Notes: generated by a model from the letters alone, not told the origin. DNA of 64,000 nt from Octopus vulgaris (GCA_951406725.2 OX597816.1:21328001-21392000); one strand, 5' to 3'; shown: positions 50,740 to 64,000, counted from the stretch's first letter. Numbers and translations are program-made.

Positions 50740-51846
50740 AGCTTCCGTCACATGGCAAGGAGAAAAATTTGAAGTTGTTGATAGCTTCTGTTAACTAGGT
50801 GACCAAGTCAGTAGCAGGGGTGGGTGCTCTGAAAGTGTAGCTGCTAGAATAAGAATAGCCTGGGCAAAGTTCAGAGAGCTCCTACCTCTGCTGGTGACAA
50901 AGGGCCTCTTGCTCAGAGTAAAAGGTAGACTGTATGATGCATGTATGCAAACAGCTATGCTACATGGAGCTAGTATGATCCACTGGATGTGTAATGTCAA
51001 TGTGCATACACAACAGAGTGTAAGCACCCTGTGAGAAAAGTTCGACATAAGAAGCATCAGATGTTGTGTGGAAGAGAGACGACAGCACTGGTACGGTCAT
51101 GTGTTGCATGTGAATGAGGACAGCTGCGTGAAAATGTGTCACACTCTAGCAGTAGAGGGAACCTGTGGAAGAGGTAGACCCAGGAAAGCCTGGGGTGAGG
51201 TGGTGAAGCACAACCTTCAAACGTTGGGCCTCACAGAGATGATGACAGTGACCAAGACCTTTGGAGATATACTGTGCTTGAGAAGACCTGGCAAGCTAAG
51301 TGAGACCGTAACAGTGGCATATGCCAGTGCAGCATAACCAGCCCATTTAAGAGTACCCTTCAATCTTTAGGCAATAAACTGCACTTGCAAAGACCTGTTG
51401 AGGCAAGTGAATTCGTTGTTGAGGCCAATGACAGTATTCCTGATTGGCACCAGTGATGGTGGCATGTAAAAAGCACCATTCGGGCATGGTCAATGCCAGT
51501 GCCGGCTGACTGGTCCCATGCTAGTGGCATGTGAAAAGCACCATTTGAGTGTGGTCATTGCCAGTGCCACCTTTCTGGCTGCCATGCCGGTGGCACATAA
51601 AAGGCACCATTTGAGCGTGGTCGTTGCCAGTGCCACCTGACTGGCCCTCATACCAGTGGCATATAAAAAGTGCCCACTACACCCTCAGAGTGGTTGGCAT
51701 TAGGAAGGGCATCCAGCTGTAGAAACTTTGCCAGATCAGATTGGAGCCTGGTGCAGCCTTCTGGTTTACCAGTCCTCAGTCAAATCATCCAACTCATGCC
51801 AGCATAGAAAGCAAACGTTAAACTATGATGACGACGATGATGATGA
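50740..51846 (+). pseudogene. 5'-truncated RTE-clade LINE (ORF2 C-terminus plus 3' UTR)
   Basis: EVVDSFC*LGD...ARIRIAWAKFRELLPLL..RVKGRLYDAC...RRQHWYGHVL..VEGTCGRGRPRKAW; 4 tandem 66-bp UTR units; (GAT)n tail. Confidence 0.9.
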
Positions 51847-52413
51847 TATATATATATATATATATCCATAAATCATTTTTATAGATGTTTGTACATCTTC
51901 CTCCCAATATGGTTTATTCAAACATTAGCAGAATGAAATTTTCTTTGAAGTACTTGATACAATCATTGTTATGTTGAAAAGTTTAAATATTTCGGAGATG
52001 TACTTGCATAGCGAGTGACTTTAAATATATCCATTGAGTAGAAATATTAGAAATATAAATTGTCGAATGACATAACCAAATGTATACACACAGCTTTAAA
52101 TTTTTAAATGTACTCCATCTATTTTTCCTTCAACACTTGGATGTAATGGTTTATTTACTGGTGAAATTCGTTTATGTCTGCGTGTTCTTTCTATTGTCAA
52201 AGAGTGAGTTTTGTGTTCAGTCAGGCAAGTAAAGTATGAAGTGCTTTCTGTTATCTGGTGCCAACATTGGAAAATGGGTATAAATTTTGATGATGGTGAC
52301 GGTCGTAGTTTTTGCTTTTTGATAGTGACGATGATAATGATCATGATAGTAGTGGTGGTGATCACGATTATTGCGATTGTGATGATGTTGAGAATAGTGG
52401 TCATTCATAGCTG

Positions 52414-53004
52414 ATGATGGTGATGGCGCTGATGATGATGGTGATGATAATAGTTCATTTTGAGAGTGATGGTGGTGATGGTGGTGTTGATGGTGGTGAT
52501 GATCAGGATAATGGCGATGCTGATGGTGGTGGTGATAATATTTTTGATGATGGAGATGAGGGTGATCCTTGTGGTGGCGGTGGTGGTGGTGGTGTTTGTG
52601 GTTGTGGTGGTGGTGGTGTTTGTGGTGGTGGTTGTGGTTGTGGTGGTGGCGGTGGTGGTGGTGGTGGTGATAATATTTTTGATGATGGAGATGAGGGTGA
52701 TCCTTGTGGTGGCGGTGGTGGTGGTGGTGTTGGTGGTTGTGGTGGTGGTGGTGTTTGTGGTGGTGGTTCTGGTAGTGGTGTTTGTGGTGGTGTTTGTGGT
52801 GGTGTTTGTGGTGGTGGTGGTGGTGGTGGTCGTGGTGGTCGTGGTGTTGGTGGTGGTGGTTCTGGTGGTGGTGTTTGTGGTGGTGTTTGTGGTGGTGGTG
52901 GTGGTGTGGTGGTGTTGGTGATGCTGATGGTGGTGGTGATGTTTTTGGTGGTGGTGGTGGTGGTGTTTTTGGTGGTGGTGTTTTTGGTGGTGGTGTTGGT
53001 GTTG

Positions 53005-53036
<32 letters not shown>

Positions 53037-53160
53037 GGTGGTGGTGATGACGGCGGCAGCGGCGGTGGTAGTGTTGATGATCATCATCACTGTGTTCATG
53101 ATGGTGAGGATGCTAGTGATGCTGGTGATGTTGTTATAGATGGTATTGATGACGGTGGCA
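52414..53160. repeat. (GGT)n/(GAT)n low-complexity array with one internal duplication
   Basis: ggtgataatatttttgatgatggagatgagggtgatccttgtggtggc occurs at about 52531 and 52666. Confidence 0.9.
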
Positions 53161-53849
53161 ATAACCATCATAAGAGAGTCGATTTGATATCTGTTCGTTG
53201 AACTGTAATATTTCAAGAGCTGGCAGTATATTTATTTTTATCCTAAGTAAGTCAGGTGATTGAGTAGATAAAAACCATGGGGTATTTCACAATCTCTCCA
53301 AGACTCATAAAACCGCTGCTGCTGGGGGGTCAATTCCAGATGTCTGAATTTCAAATCCTTCAAGGATAATATGAATAAAGAGACAACATTTGATTCCTTC
53401 ATTCATCTCAAATAGTTGCAATTGAGGGCTTAACGTATCCAAGGATCAGAAGGTTGTGCTAAATTCAATGGCATATCAAGAGAATATCACACATGGAGGT
53501 CAATCTAATCAATATTTGAAACAATCTTATTAATATCTAATTAAGTTATTAATCAATCTGTCACAAGGTTACTTTGATTGATTGATTTTTCATACTGATG
53601 GACTTTACTGTATAAGTTTACAAGTTTAGAATTATGGAAGTGTTGCTCTGTGTATTGTGCTACCAAGAATGAGAGGAGTACTATATAGTCATTTGATCTA
53701 CTAAAAGTAACAGCTAAATTCCCTCATATCACACTATTTTGAACTGAGAATTTAGGCCATGTGGTCTGAGATATTGAAAGAGATTGAAGGATCATGGTCA
53801 GAACATCTTTGACCACAGGTTTGCTCAATTACAGTTAATATGGAACTAT

Positions 53850-54047
53850 AAGGCAGCGAGCTAGCAGAAACGTTAGCACACTGGGTGAAATGCTTTACGT
53901 TCTGAGTTCAAATTCTGCTGAGGTTGACTTTGGTTTTCATCCTTTTGGGGTCAATAAGTAAAGTACCAGTTCTGTATTGAGGTCAGTCTAATCGACTGGC
54001 CCCTCCTCCCCAAAACATTTCGGGCTTTGTGTCTAGAGTTCAAAAGA
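53850..54047 (+). mobile_element. SINE family B with TSD
   Basis: Flanked by the duplicated sequence aatatggaacta. Confidence 0.8.
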
Positions 54048-54508
54048 ATATGGAACTAAATACTAAAAAAATAGTAACAAAACCAACAATAAAAGGTTTA
54101 GGATGTATTTATTTGTTTATCATATTTCTTCTTTTCAGATATCCTGAATTCAAACTTCATTGTTACTGAAAGGCCACTAGATGTTACCTTTCCTTATCAT
54201 CACCATTTAAAACCAGTTTTCCTTGCTGGCATAGGTTGACCAATTTAACAGGAGCCGACAAACTAGAGGACTGCACCAAATACCAAAGTCTGCATTGGCA
54301 TTGTTTCTATGACTGGATATCTTTCTATTGTTAATAACTCCAGGGTGAATATGATGCACCAGCATTAGAAACATCCCTTTCATTTAATGTGGGTTACATA
54401 TAAGATGAAGTGATGCTGATGTTCATAAACTCATACAAAGTATGATTTAAATGAGTGATGTAAACTTTTTCCATTGTATTTAGTTCTTACCTGAATATGT
54501 CTTATTTT

Positions 54509-54975
54509 ATCATCATCATCATCATCATCATTTAACGTCCACTTTCCATGCTAGCATGGGTTGAATGATTTGACTGAGGATTGGTGAACCAGATGGCTGC
54601 ACCAGGCTCCAATCTTGATCTGGCAGAGTTTCTACAGCTGGATGCCCTTCCTAATGCTAACCACTCTGAGAGTGTAGTAGGTACTTTTACATGCCACCTG
54701 CACAGAAGCCAGTCCAGAAGCACTGGCAATGACCTTGCTCAAATGTTTTTTCATGTGCCAGTAAGGCGATGCTGGTAACAATCATGCTCGAATGGTGCTT
54801 TTTACGTGCCAATGGCATGGAAGTCAGTTTGCCGCTCTGGCAATGATTACACTCAGATGGTGTTCTTAGCGCTCCACTAGCATGGATGCCAGTAATCGAA
54901 CTTGATTTCAATTTCGATTTCACTTGCCTCAACAGGTCTTTGCAAGCAGAGTTTAGTGTCCAACGAAGGAACGGT
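54509..54975 (-). mobile_element. RTE LINE 3' UTR
   Basis: Reverse complement of the 51380-51846 region. Confidence 0.8.
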
Positions 54976-55634
54976 ACGCATGTAAAACAGAGTCAGAGAA
55001 TTAGTAGGATATCAAACCACCATCTTTTATCATATTCAAATGATAAAAAATCCAATGCAGGAGCTGCTACGTGATCACTTAATCTACTAAAAATAGCTAC
55101 TAAATCTTCTTTAAATTACAACTGAACATTTTTAATAAGAAGGGCTCCTTTCTTTCTCTCTCTCCCTAGTGCTCATGCCATGATAATGAGCTACTATCAA
55201 TATTCATTTAAAGAGGTTACATGCAATAATGCTGTTTGATGACATCGTGGCCACTGCCAGCCTCCCCTGGCACATAAAATGCACCCACTACACTCACGGA
55301 GTGGTTTAGGAAGGGCATCCAACTGTAGAAACACTGCCAGATCAGACTGGAGCCTGGTGCAGCCTCCTGGCTTCCCAGACCCCAGTCAAACTGTCCAACT
55401 CATGGAAAACAGACATTACACGATGATGATGATGATGATGATGATGATGAAGACGGTGATGATACCATGAAACTTAAATTGATGTCAGAACAAAAAAAGA
55501 AATAGGTAAACAGCAAATGTCATAAGCCAATTAATTAGAAGCTAATGACTTAAAGACATATATATGTATATTATCTCAGAGGCTAGTGAGTTTAAATCCC
55601 GCCTTGGAGAGATTTTGGGATGATATACTTACCA

Positions 55635-56190
55635 TTTTCATCATCATTAAATGTTATCTGCTTTCGGTAAGTTGAATATCCAAGGCTTGCCATTTGAGGC
55701 CATTTTCTGTTATTCTTTTACATTTACCAAATGATTTTTTAATCCAGTTCTTGATGTTATCAAACCAGTTTGTTCTAGGTCTTTATCTTCTGCATTTGCC
55801 ATTTATCTTTTCTTTTAATAACAATCTTCAAATACCCTTTGCCCTTATTGCGTGACCGAAGTATGTTTGCATCCATTTTCTTTTTATATTTGCGATCAAT
55901 GATCTTTTGTATTTGTTACTTGTAGAAATTCTTCATATTTCTTAATATTCTTTTATATGTCCACATTTGAAAAGCTTTGTTTTAGTCACTGGCCATGTTT
56001 ATGCACCATATAATAGTGTGGACCGTGAGTAATATTTACATAACCTTCTTGTTTCTATATCTTTATTCTGTATTCTTTGATGTAAAAGCTTTTGACATGC
56101 TTTCAACTGTCATCCATGCAATTTCTCTTCCTTATCTAATTTCACCTTCACATTTACCATTTTCAGATTGCATAAAGCCAAGATAGACCA
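55635..56190 (-). pseudogene. Old RTE/BovB-like LINE ORF2 remnant
   Basis: Manual translation: VYLGFMQSENGKCEGEIR..LLYGA*TW...TYFGHAIRAKG..KINGKCRR*RPRTNWFDNIKNW. Confidence 0.75.
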
Positions 56191-56328
56191 TGTTTGAATT
56201 TGGTTCTGTTGGTATATCCTGCATATCTGCATATCATGTTCTCTTCTTCAAGAATCCAGCTGGGGTGATGGCTCGTGTTGATCAAATATATACCTCATGG
56301 TCATGGCAGAAGAGAAGATACCTCACAA

Positions 56329-56560
56329 AGGTGGCGAGCTGGCAGAAACATTAGCGCGCTGTGCAAAATGCTTAGCGGTATTTCGTCTGCCGTTATGTTC
56401 TGAGTTCAAATTCCGCTGAGGTTGACTTTGCCTTTCATCCTTTTGGGGTCGATAAATTAAGTACAAGTCATGCACTGGGGTCAATGTAATCGACTTAATT
56501 CCTTTGTCTGTCCTTGTTTGTCCCCTCTATGTTTAGTCCCTTATGGGTAATAAAGAAATA
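56329..56560 (+). mobile_element. SINE family B with long TSD
   Basis: agaagagaagatacctcacaa(agg) is duplicated at 56308 and 56561. Confidence 0.88.
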
Positions 56561-57039
56561 AGAAGAGAAGATACCTCACAAAGGGGAGAACTGACTGGAA
56601 CTCTACCCAGAGTGTTGCCTGTAGAGATACATGTCTTAGGTGGTTAAGGTATTGGACTCATGAAGGTAAGATTGTGGTTTCAGTTCCTAAACAGGTCAAC
56701 ATGTTTTGTTCTTGAACAAAACATTTCATTTCACATTGTCCAGTGAATAATCATATGACAGATTCACGTCCCCTCCAGGTGTGGAATATACATACCATGA
56801 AACCAGAAAACCTGCCGCTGTAAGTCAACATGCCTTGAGAAGGTAACCTTACCTTTTCCTAGAGTATTACCTGGAAAAATCTAAACAGATACTAACAAAT
56901 AGATGTGACAAAAGAGATGTGAGTCCATTTAAATATTAACTGACTAAAGGCTATAATGGTTATTTGAAAATATATGTAAAAGAGGCTTCAGAGACATTCC
57001 CTCATGTCTATATATATGTATATATATGTATGTATATGA

Positions 57040-57213
57040 TAGGTGTGTGAAAAAGTGTCACACCCTAGTGGTTGAGGGAACCTGTGGAAGAGGTAGACCC
57101 AGGAAGACCTGGGATAAGGTGGTGAAGCACGACCTTCAAACATTAGGCCTCACCGAGGCAGTGACTAGTGGCCGAGACCTTTGGAAATATGTTGCGCTTG
57201 AGAAGACCCAGCA
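57040..57213 (+). pseudogene. RTE LINE ORF2 C-terminal fragment
   Basis: CVKKCHTLVVEGTCGRGRPRKTWDKVVKHDLQTLGLTE, homologous to 51125-51290. Confidence 0.8.
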
Positions 57214-57396
57214 AATAGTTAATGCAGAGCTCATGAACCATACCTGACCTGGTTTTCATTTATGTCTATATTGATGCCAACTGATTTGTTCTTCCCTATG
57301 CTTCCAATAAGACATGATGGTCACATCTAGAGTGCCTTTGATAAAAGGGATGTTTCCCAAGAGTTACACTAGTGGCTAAACATCATATCTTTATCA

Positions 57397-57811
57397 TTTT
57401 ACTCTTTTACTTGTTTCAGTCATTTGGCTGCGACCATGCTGGAGCACCACCTTTAGTCAAGCAAATCGACCCCAGGACTTATTTTTTGTAAGTCTAGTAC
57501 TTATTCTATCGGTCTCTTTTGCTGAACCACTAAGTTACAGGGACGTAAACACACCAGTATCGGTTGTCAAGCGATGTTGGGTGTTGGGGGGACAAACACA
57601 GACACACGAACACAAACAAACACACACACATATATATATACATATATACGATGGGCTTATTTCAGTTTCCATTTACCAAATCCACTCAAAAGGCTTTGGT
57701 CGGCCCGAGGCTATAGTAGAAGACACTTGCCCAAAGTGCCACACAGTGGAACAGAACCCAGAACCATGTGGCTGGTAAGCAAGCTTCTTACCACACAGCC
57801 ACTCCTGCGCC
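57397..57811 (-). mobile_element. SINE family A
   Basis: Reverse complement of family A. Confidence 0.88.
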
Positions 57812-58310
57812 TTTTAATTAATATTTTAATTGATATATTATATCTAAACCCTTATTCTTTTTAACATGGCAAATCAATTAGAAAGTCTTGGGTTTGTTCT
57901 CTCCAAAAAAGGACATTTATTAAAAATAAAACCAGAAAATACATTTCTTGTACTTACATCTGTGTCCTAGAATCAGTATTTAAGTGATCAACTTGAATTA
58001 AAACTTTAGAACTTAATCTACCTGACATGTGTCATTCCTAAGGATTTCATTAAACTATAGAAAATATCTTATTTTACAAACACTGACTTTTAAATCTCCC
58101 AAAATATATCTGCAGAGAGGATTAAACGCAGTTCTGAATATTGCTTTAACGTTCTTAGAATAGCTTTCTGTCAGTCTAAATCTGTTTGACAAACTTGTTC
58201 AGCAAAACCCCTCCACAGATGGATTAGTTTTTACTAAGTTAAGTTTTAATAAAAATATTTAACATCAAGGTATATATATATATATATATATATATGAACT
58301 TATTAAAATG

Positions 58311-58341
<31 letters not shown>

Positions 58342-58414
58342 GAACATGTGTGTGATTTATATACATACATATATGTGTGTGTATATATATATACATATGT
58401 ATATGTGTGTATAT

Positions 58415-58462
<48 letters not shown>

Positions 58463-58477
58463 GTATATATATATCAC

Positions 58478-58782
58478 TTTTGGATTTGGTTTGCAAGATA
58501 CTTTATATGAGTTTGTGTGTTGAAGCATATTCTGTTGTGTCTGGGGAGAGTCATTTTCTTTTTGTGCCTTATAATTTAACACACCCACCGGTAAAATTTC
58601 CACTTTTTTCTTATTTTTATTTTCTGAAATTTTTATTGCTTCTTGCAAGACTATTGAAAAGATTGCAAGATGCAATGAAAATTTTAGGAAAATAAAAATA
58701 AGGAGTACGTGAAAATTTTACCTGTGAGTGTGTTACATTATAAGGCACAAAAATAAAATGGCTCTCTCCAGACATAACAGTA
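58478..58782. mobile_element. Palindromic fold-back family F copy in (TA)n
   Basis: Mirror arms with a small central deletion. Confidence 0.8.
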
Positions 58783-59051
58783 TATATATGTAGGATCGAG
58801 GTTTTGATTTCCAGACCAGGTGTTGTGAGTGTTTATTGAGTAAAAACACCTAAAGCTCCATGAGGCTCCGGCAGAGGGTGGTTGCGATCCCTGCTGTACT
58901 CTTTCGCCACAACTTTCTCTCACTCTTTCTTCTGTTGTGCTGCTCGCTTAGCCAGCAGGGTGACATCATTTGAAGGCTAAAACAATACAAAATGCATTGT
59001 GACCAGCGATGTGTAGCAACATCTGATAGCCTGGTTGAAAAAAAATATATA

Positions 59052-59425
59052 TCTTTTACTTGTTTCAGTCATTTGACTGCGGCCATGCTGGAGCACTACC
59101 TTAATGGGGTTTTCTGTTGAAGAAATTGACTCCAGGACTTATTCTTTGTAAGCCTAGTACCTATTATATCAATCTGTTTTGGGGATATAAACACACCAGC
59201 ATCAGTTGTCAAGTGATGGCAATAAGACAAACACAGACATACACATATAAACACACACATATATACATACACAATGGGTTTCTTTCGGTTTCCATCTACC
59301 AAATCCACTCACAAGTCTTTGGTCAGCCCAAGGCTATAATAAAAGACACTTGCCCAAGGTGCCACGCAGTGGGACAGTACTTGGAACCATGTGGTTGCAA
59401 AGCATACTTCTTACCACACAGCCAC
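59052..59425 (-). mobile_element. SINE family A
   Basis: Reverse complement of family A. Confidence 0.8.
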
Positions 59426-59917
59426 GATATATATGTATAAAATATACAAATACTTATATACATATATAATAAACATCTCATTCTTTGTCTCTCTGTTTCT
59501 TTTTCCATATATGTTTATATATATATGTCTTTGTATGTATGCATGTATGTATGTTTGTATATGGGTATATATACCTATATTTATATATTTATGTGTGCAT
59601 TTGTATGTATCTGTGTGTGTATATATATACACTTAAACACACACACACATGTATATATACATAAATACAAATATATACATAGGCACATGCATATAATTAT
59701 ATAAATATGTATAAATGTATGTATGTATATGCATGTTTGTAGCTATATACATACATATACATACATATATATATATAATGACATAAATGTACTTGTACTT
59801 CATATTTTTTCGACGTACATGTTTCGTGACATCCATACCCACATATATATAAACATATATATATATATATACATACAGATGTAAGTATGTACATATACAT
59901 ATGCATATATGCATATA

Positions 59918-59972
<55 letters not shown>

Positions 59973-61270
59973 GTTTGTATTTATGTATGCATATGTATAT
60001 ATATATATTATTTATTTGACGATGATGATGATATGACTGAACGCCACACATCCTCTTCCAAATAAGTTTTATCTATCTATATATCTATCTATCTATCTAT
60101 ATCTATATCTATATATATGTATGTGTGTGTGTGTGTGTGTATGTATGTATCAGTTAGGTGTGTCAGTCATTATATAACAAGTGGTGTTGTAGCAATGAAT
60201 ACCAGCCAACTGACCATTTCACTTCACTCTGTTTATTATTAATGTTATGCCTTGCCAAGAAGTGAGTAGCAAATTGTTTCGAAGAGAAAGTGTACACTGA
60301 CATTTATATTTATTTATTCATTTATTTATTTATTTATTTATTTATTTTGCTTGTTTATCGATTATTGAAGTTTCAGAAAGTGGAATTGGGGTTTTAAGAT
60401 TAGTGCTATTAGAAATATTGATTTATCCATATTGTTAAGAGAGAAGCTGTAATCAATAAAAACAAAAATTGCTTCCGGAAGATCCTCCATAGCTGCAACA
60501 AAACGGGAAAATCTTATCATCTTTATTGCGAATTCTTTTGATTTAAGATGAAGGACAAAATTCAACTGTTTCTATGCAAAGCATTATTTTGGAAAATGGC
60601 AATTCAGAAGGCTTGCACTATTGTGAAGCCAAAATGATTCCCCTAGGGATACGAGGAAAAGTTAATTTGAAGCTGGTGATTTATCTCTGAGGAACACTAC
60701 TTTAAATTGAGTAACTATGGGAACTTTCATATGTGGCGTTAATGCAATTATATGGTAGCGCACACTATAGGGAGAGAATGTAACCCTGATGAATACAGTT
60801 TTATAATATTATAGAATGCTGCCAAGCCATCGCAAATACGAATATGAAATAGGAAAATTTATCTGACTGAACAGCCTTGTTAAAAAGATTAGTATTAAAA
60901 GCATTTCTTGCAAAATATGAAATGTGTTGGTTGGAGAATATTACATATTAAGATCATCCTAATGAATATCTGAAACAAGTTTATTAATATGTAATTAAGA
61001 TATTAATCAATGTGACAGAAGAATGCTTAGATTAAGTGGTTTTCCTATCAGTGGACATTTACGATATAAGATTAGAAGCTTGTTTGTTCATTTGGTCTCT
61101 TTGTTAGTAACATGAAATTAAGTACTTGTTAATGTGATGGCACCTGATGATGTGATGGTGGAATGTTATTCACTGATTGTCATCTCTTTTACTTAATCTT
61201 AATAATTGCCACATCTGAATGTTGTAAAATAAACATATGTTCTGTTATCTGAGCTTGGTATTCAGTGCTA

Positions 61271-61504
61271 AAGGGGCGAGCTGGCAGAATTGTTAGCACG
61301 CCGGGCGAAATGCTTAGCGGTATTTCGTCTGCTGTTACATTCTGAGTTCAAATTCCGCCGAGGTCGACTTTGCCTTTCATCCTTTCAGGGGTCGATAAAT
61401 TAAGGACCAGTCATGCACTGGGGTCAATATAATCTACTTAATCTGTTTGTCTGTCTTTGTTTGTCCTCTCTGTGTTTAGCCCCTTGTGGGTAGTAAAGAA
61501 ATAG
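61271..61504 (+). mobile_element. SINE family B, present only in duplicate copy 1
   Basis: TSD tattcagtgct; the empty site ggtactcagtgctga is in copy 2. Confidence 0.9.
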
Positions 61505-62239
61505 ATATTCAGTGCTGATATACAGTTGTAGCAATTTCACTGCTTTAACACTTTTAGTTCAATACAGCAATGCTTTGTTGTGTCTTGGGAGGGTCATTAT
61601 AATTTAACACACTCACTGGTAAAGTTTCCACTCATTTACTTATTTCTCTAAAATTTTCTTTGCGACTTGCAACCTTTTCAATAGTCATTGACTCACAAAT
61701 TTACCAGTGAGTGTGTTAAATAATAAAACACTAAAAGAGAATGACTCTCCCCAGACACAACAAAATATAACCATGATGAATATAACCCTCATGAATACAG
61801 TTTTATAATATTATAGAATGCTGCCAAGCCATTGCAAATACGAATATGAAATAGGAAAATTTATCTGACTGAACAGCCTTGTTAAAAAGATTAGTATTAA
61901 AAGCATTTCTTGCAAAATATGAAATGTGTTGGTTGGAGAATATTACATATTAAGATCATCCTAATGAATATTTGAAACAAGTTTATTAATATGTAATTAA
62001 GATATTAATTATGTGACAGAAGAATGCTTAGATTAAGTGGTTTTCCTATCAGTGGTCATTTACGATATAAGATTAGAAGCTTGTTGTTCATTTGGTCTCT
62101 TTGTTAGTAACATGAAATTAAGTACTCATTAATGTGATGGCACCTGATGATGTGATGGTGAAATGTTATTCACTGATTGTCATCTGTTTTACTTAATCTT
62201 AATAATTGTCACATCTGAATGTTGTAAAATAAACATATA

Positions 62240-62637
62240 GGCACAGAAGTGGCTGTGTGGTAAGTAGTTTGTTTACCAGCCACATGGTTCCGGATTCAGT
62301 CCCACTGCTTGGCACCTTGGGCAAATGTCTTCTGCTATATCCTCAGGCCAACCAAAGCCTTATGTGTGGATTTGGTAGACGGAAACTGAAAGAAGCCCAT
62401 CGTATATATGTATATGTATATATATGTGTGTGTTTATGTTTGTCCCTCCCAACATCGCTTGATAACTGATGCTGGTGTGTTTACATCCCAGTAACTTAGC
62501 GGTTCAGCAAAAGAGATCAATAGAATAAGTGCTAGGCTTACAAAGAATAAGTCCTGGGGTCGATTTGCTCGACTAAAGGCGGTGCTCCAGCATGGCCACA
62601 GTCAAATGACTGAAACAAGTAAAAGAGTAAAAGAGAG
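62240..62637 (+). mobile_element. SINE family A, present only in duplicate copy 2
   Basis: The empty site aaacatatgttctgttatct is in copy 1. Confidence 0.9.
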
Positions 62638-63420
62638 TATATCTTCAGTTATCTAAGCTTGGTACTCAGTGCTGATGTACAGTTGTAGCAATTTCACTGC
62701 TTTTAGTTCAATACAGAAATCCTTTGTTGAGTCTGGGGAGGGTCATTATAATTTAACACACTCACTGGTAAAGTTTCCACTCATTTACTTATTTCTCTAA
62801 AATTTTCTTTGCTACTTGTAACCTTTGCAATTGTCATTGACTCTCAAATTTACCAGTAAGTGTGTTAAATAATAAAGCACTAAAAGAGAATGACTCTCTC
62901 CGCACACAGCAAAATATGCTTCAACACACGAACTCACATAAGGAATCTTGCAAACCAAATCCAAAAAACAGAAATGTTGTTTTACTGAAAATAGTTGTCT
63001 TTTATACAAATTATGTTTAGTGCTTCAGTAAGAAAATCAATACTGATTGAAAAATTTGTGTACAGGTAATGACTTTTAGAATGTTAAAACTTCAAATATT
63101 CAGGTTAAAATACCATAATAGATAATGATTTGGTATTGATATGTACCATGTTTTCATTAGTATTTTTAGGTGTTCATGCAGTCATAAATACTAACACTTT
63201 CTCAGGCCGCCCATGCTTCACCCTGTGGAACACTCAGGATGTGATCGCTGGAGGGAGAGAGGGATGCACCAGTATTAAGTTGATTCTCTATTTCTGGCAC
63301 ACAACATAAATGAAGGCATTACACACTATCTGACACGTTAACGACTCTGCCATTTGACCAGCTTCATTGAAATACCAACTACATGAAATTTATACGACAT
63401 ATAAATTATATAATAGTAAT

Positions 63421-63822
63421 AGGTGCAGGAGTGGCTGTGTAGTAAGTAGCTTGCTTACCAACCACATGGTTCCGGGTTCAGTCCCACTGCATGGCACCTT
63501 GGGCAAGGATCTTCTACTATAGCCTCGGGTCAACCAAAGCCTTGTGAGTGGATTTGGTAGATGGAAACTGAAAGAAGCCCATTGAATATATGTATATATG
63601 TATGTGTGTGTATATGTTTGTTTATCTATGTTTATCCCCCCAACATCGCTTGACAACCGATGCTGGTGTGTTTACGTCCCTGTAACTTAGCGGTTTGGCA
63701 AAAGAGACCGATAAAATAAGTACTAGGCTTACAAAGAATAAGTCCTGGGGTCGATTTGCTCGACTAAAGGTGGTGCTCCGGCATGGCCGCAGTCAAATGA
63801 CTGAAACAAGTAAAAGAGAGTA
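63421..63822 (+). mobile_element. SINE family A, full copy
   Basis: Complete head, CORE-like box and tail. Confidence 0.9.
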
Positions 63823-64000
63823 AAGCTTAAACTCTTTAAATTAGTAATAAGCTCTATATTTTGCTGTATTAATCAAATGAGAAATAAATCATCAACCACT
63901 TTTAAGGATATCTTTCTATGGCGGCCCATGCAGAGTTAGTCTAGGAGACCAGCAGGTTTAGTCTAGGAGACTAGCAGATGCTCATGATACTGGCCATCCC

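Larger units (their letters stand above)
60781..62917 (+). repeat. Local tandem duplication (copy 1 60781-61768, copy 2 61783-62917)
   Basis: taaccct(g/c)atgaatacagttttataatattatagaatgctgcc... is repeated at high identity; each copy includes a family F palindrome. Confidence 0.92.

Noticed and set aside
60786-60830. CTGATGA plus AT hairpin at the start of the duplication
   Set aside because: No GAAA/NUH half, and the second copy reads CTCATGA.

Overview
AT-rich, repeat-saturated eukaryotic non-coding DNA. The SINE/LINE set looks like an octopod cephalopod (Octopus-type) intron or intergenic region; this is inferred from recalled repeat families, not from a search. No intact host protein-coding gene is supportable: most listed ORFs are translations of (TA)n, (CA)n, (AAT)n, (GGT)n and (CTAT)n microsatellites, and the rest are SINE or decayed transposon fragments. 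Recognisable content: three tRNA-derived SINE families, RTE-clade LINE fragments, two R4/Dong-like REL-endonuclease LINE fragments, a full-length frameshifted mariner, a deleted mariner nested in a Helentron-like element, a TIR MITE, a short solo-LTR-like insert and a ~1 kb tandem duplication. The standout signal is about 14 type-I minimal hammerhead ribozyme motifs (CUGANGA/GAAA/NUH). They sit in sequence-diverse non-coding elements, most of them in (TA)n tracts, often as long fold-back palindromes with 3' ends pointing outward. Many share a covarying 3'-terminal hairpin. This resembles Penelope-like pseudo-LTR or retrozyme elements. Repeat boundaries were read by eye and are approximate to within a few bases.
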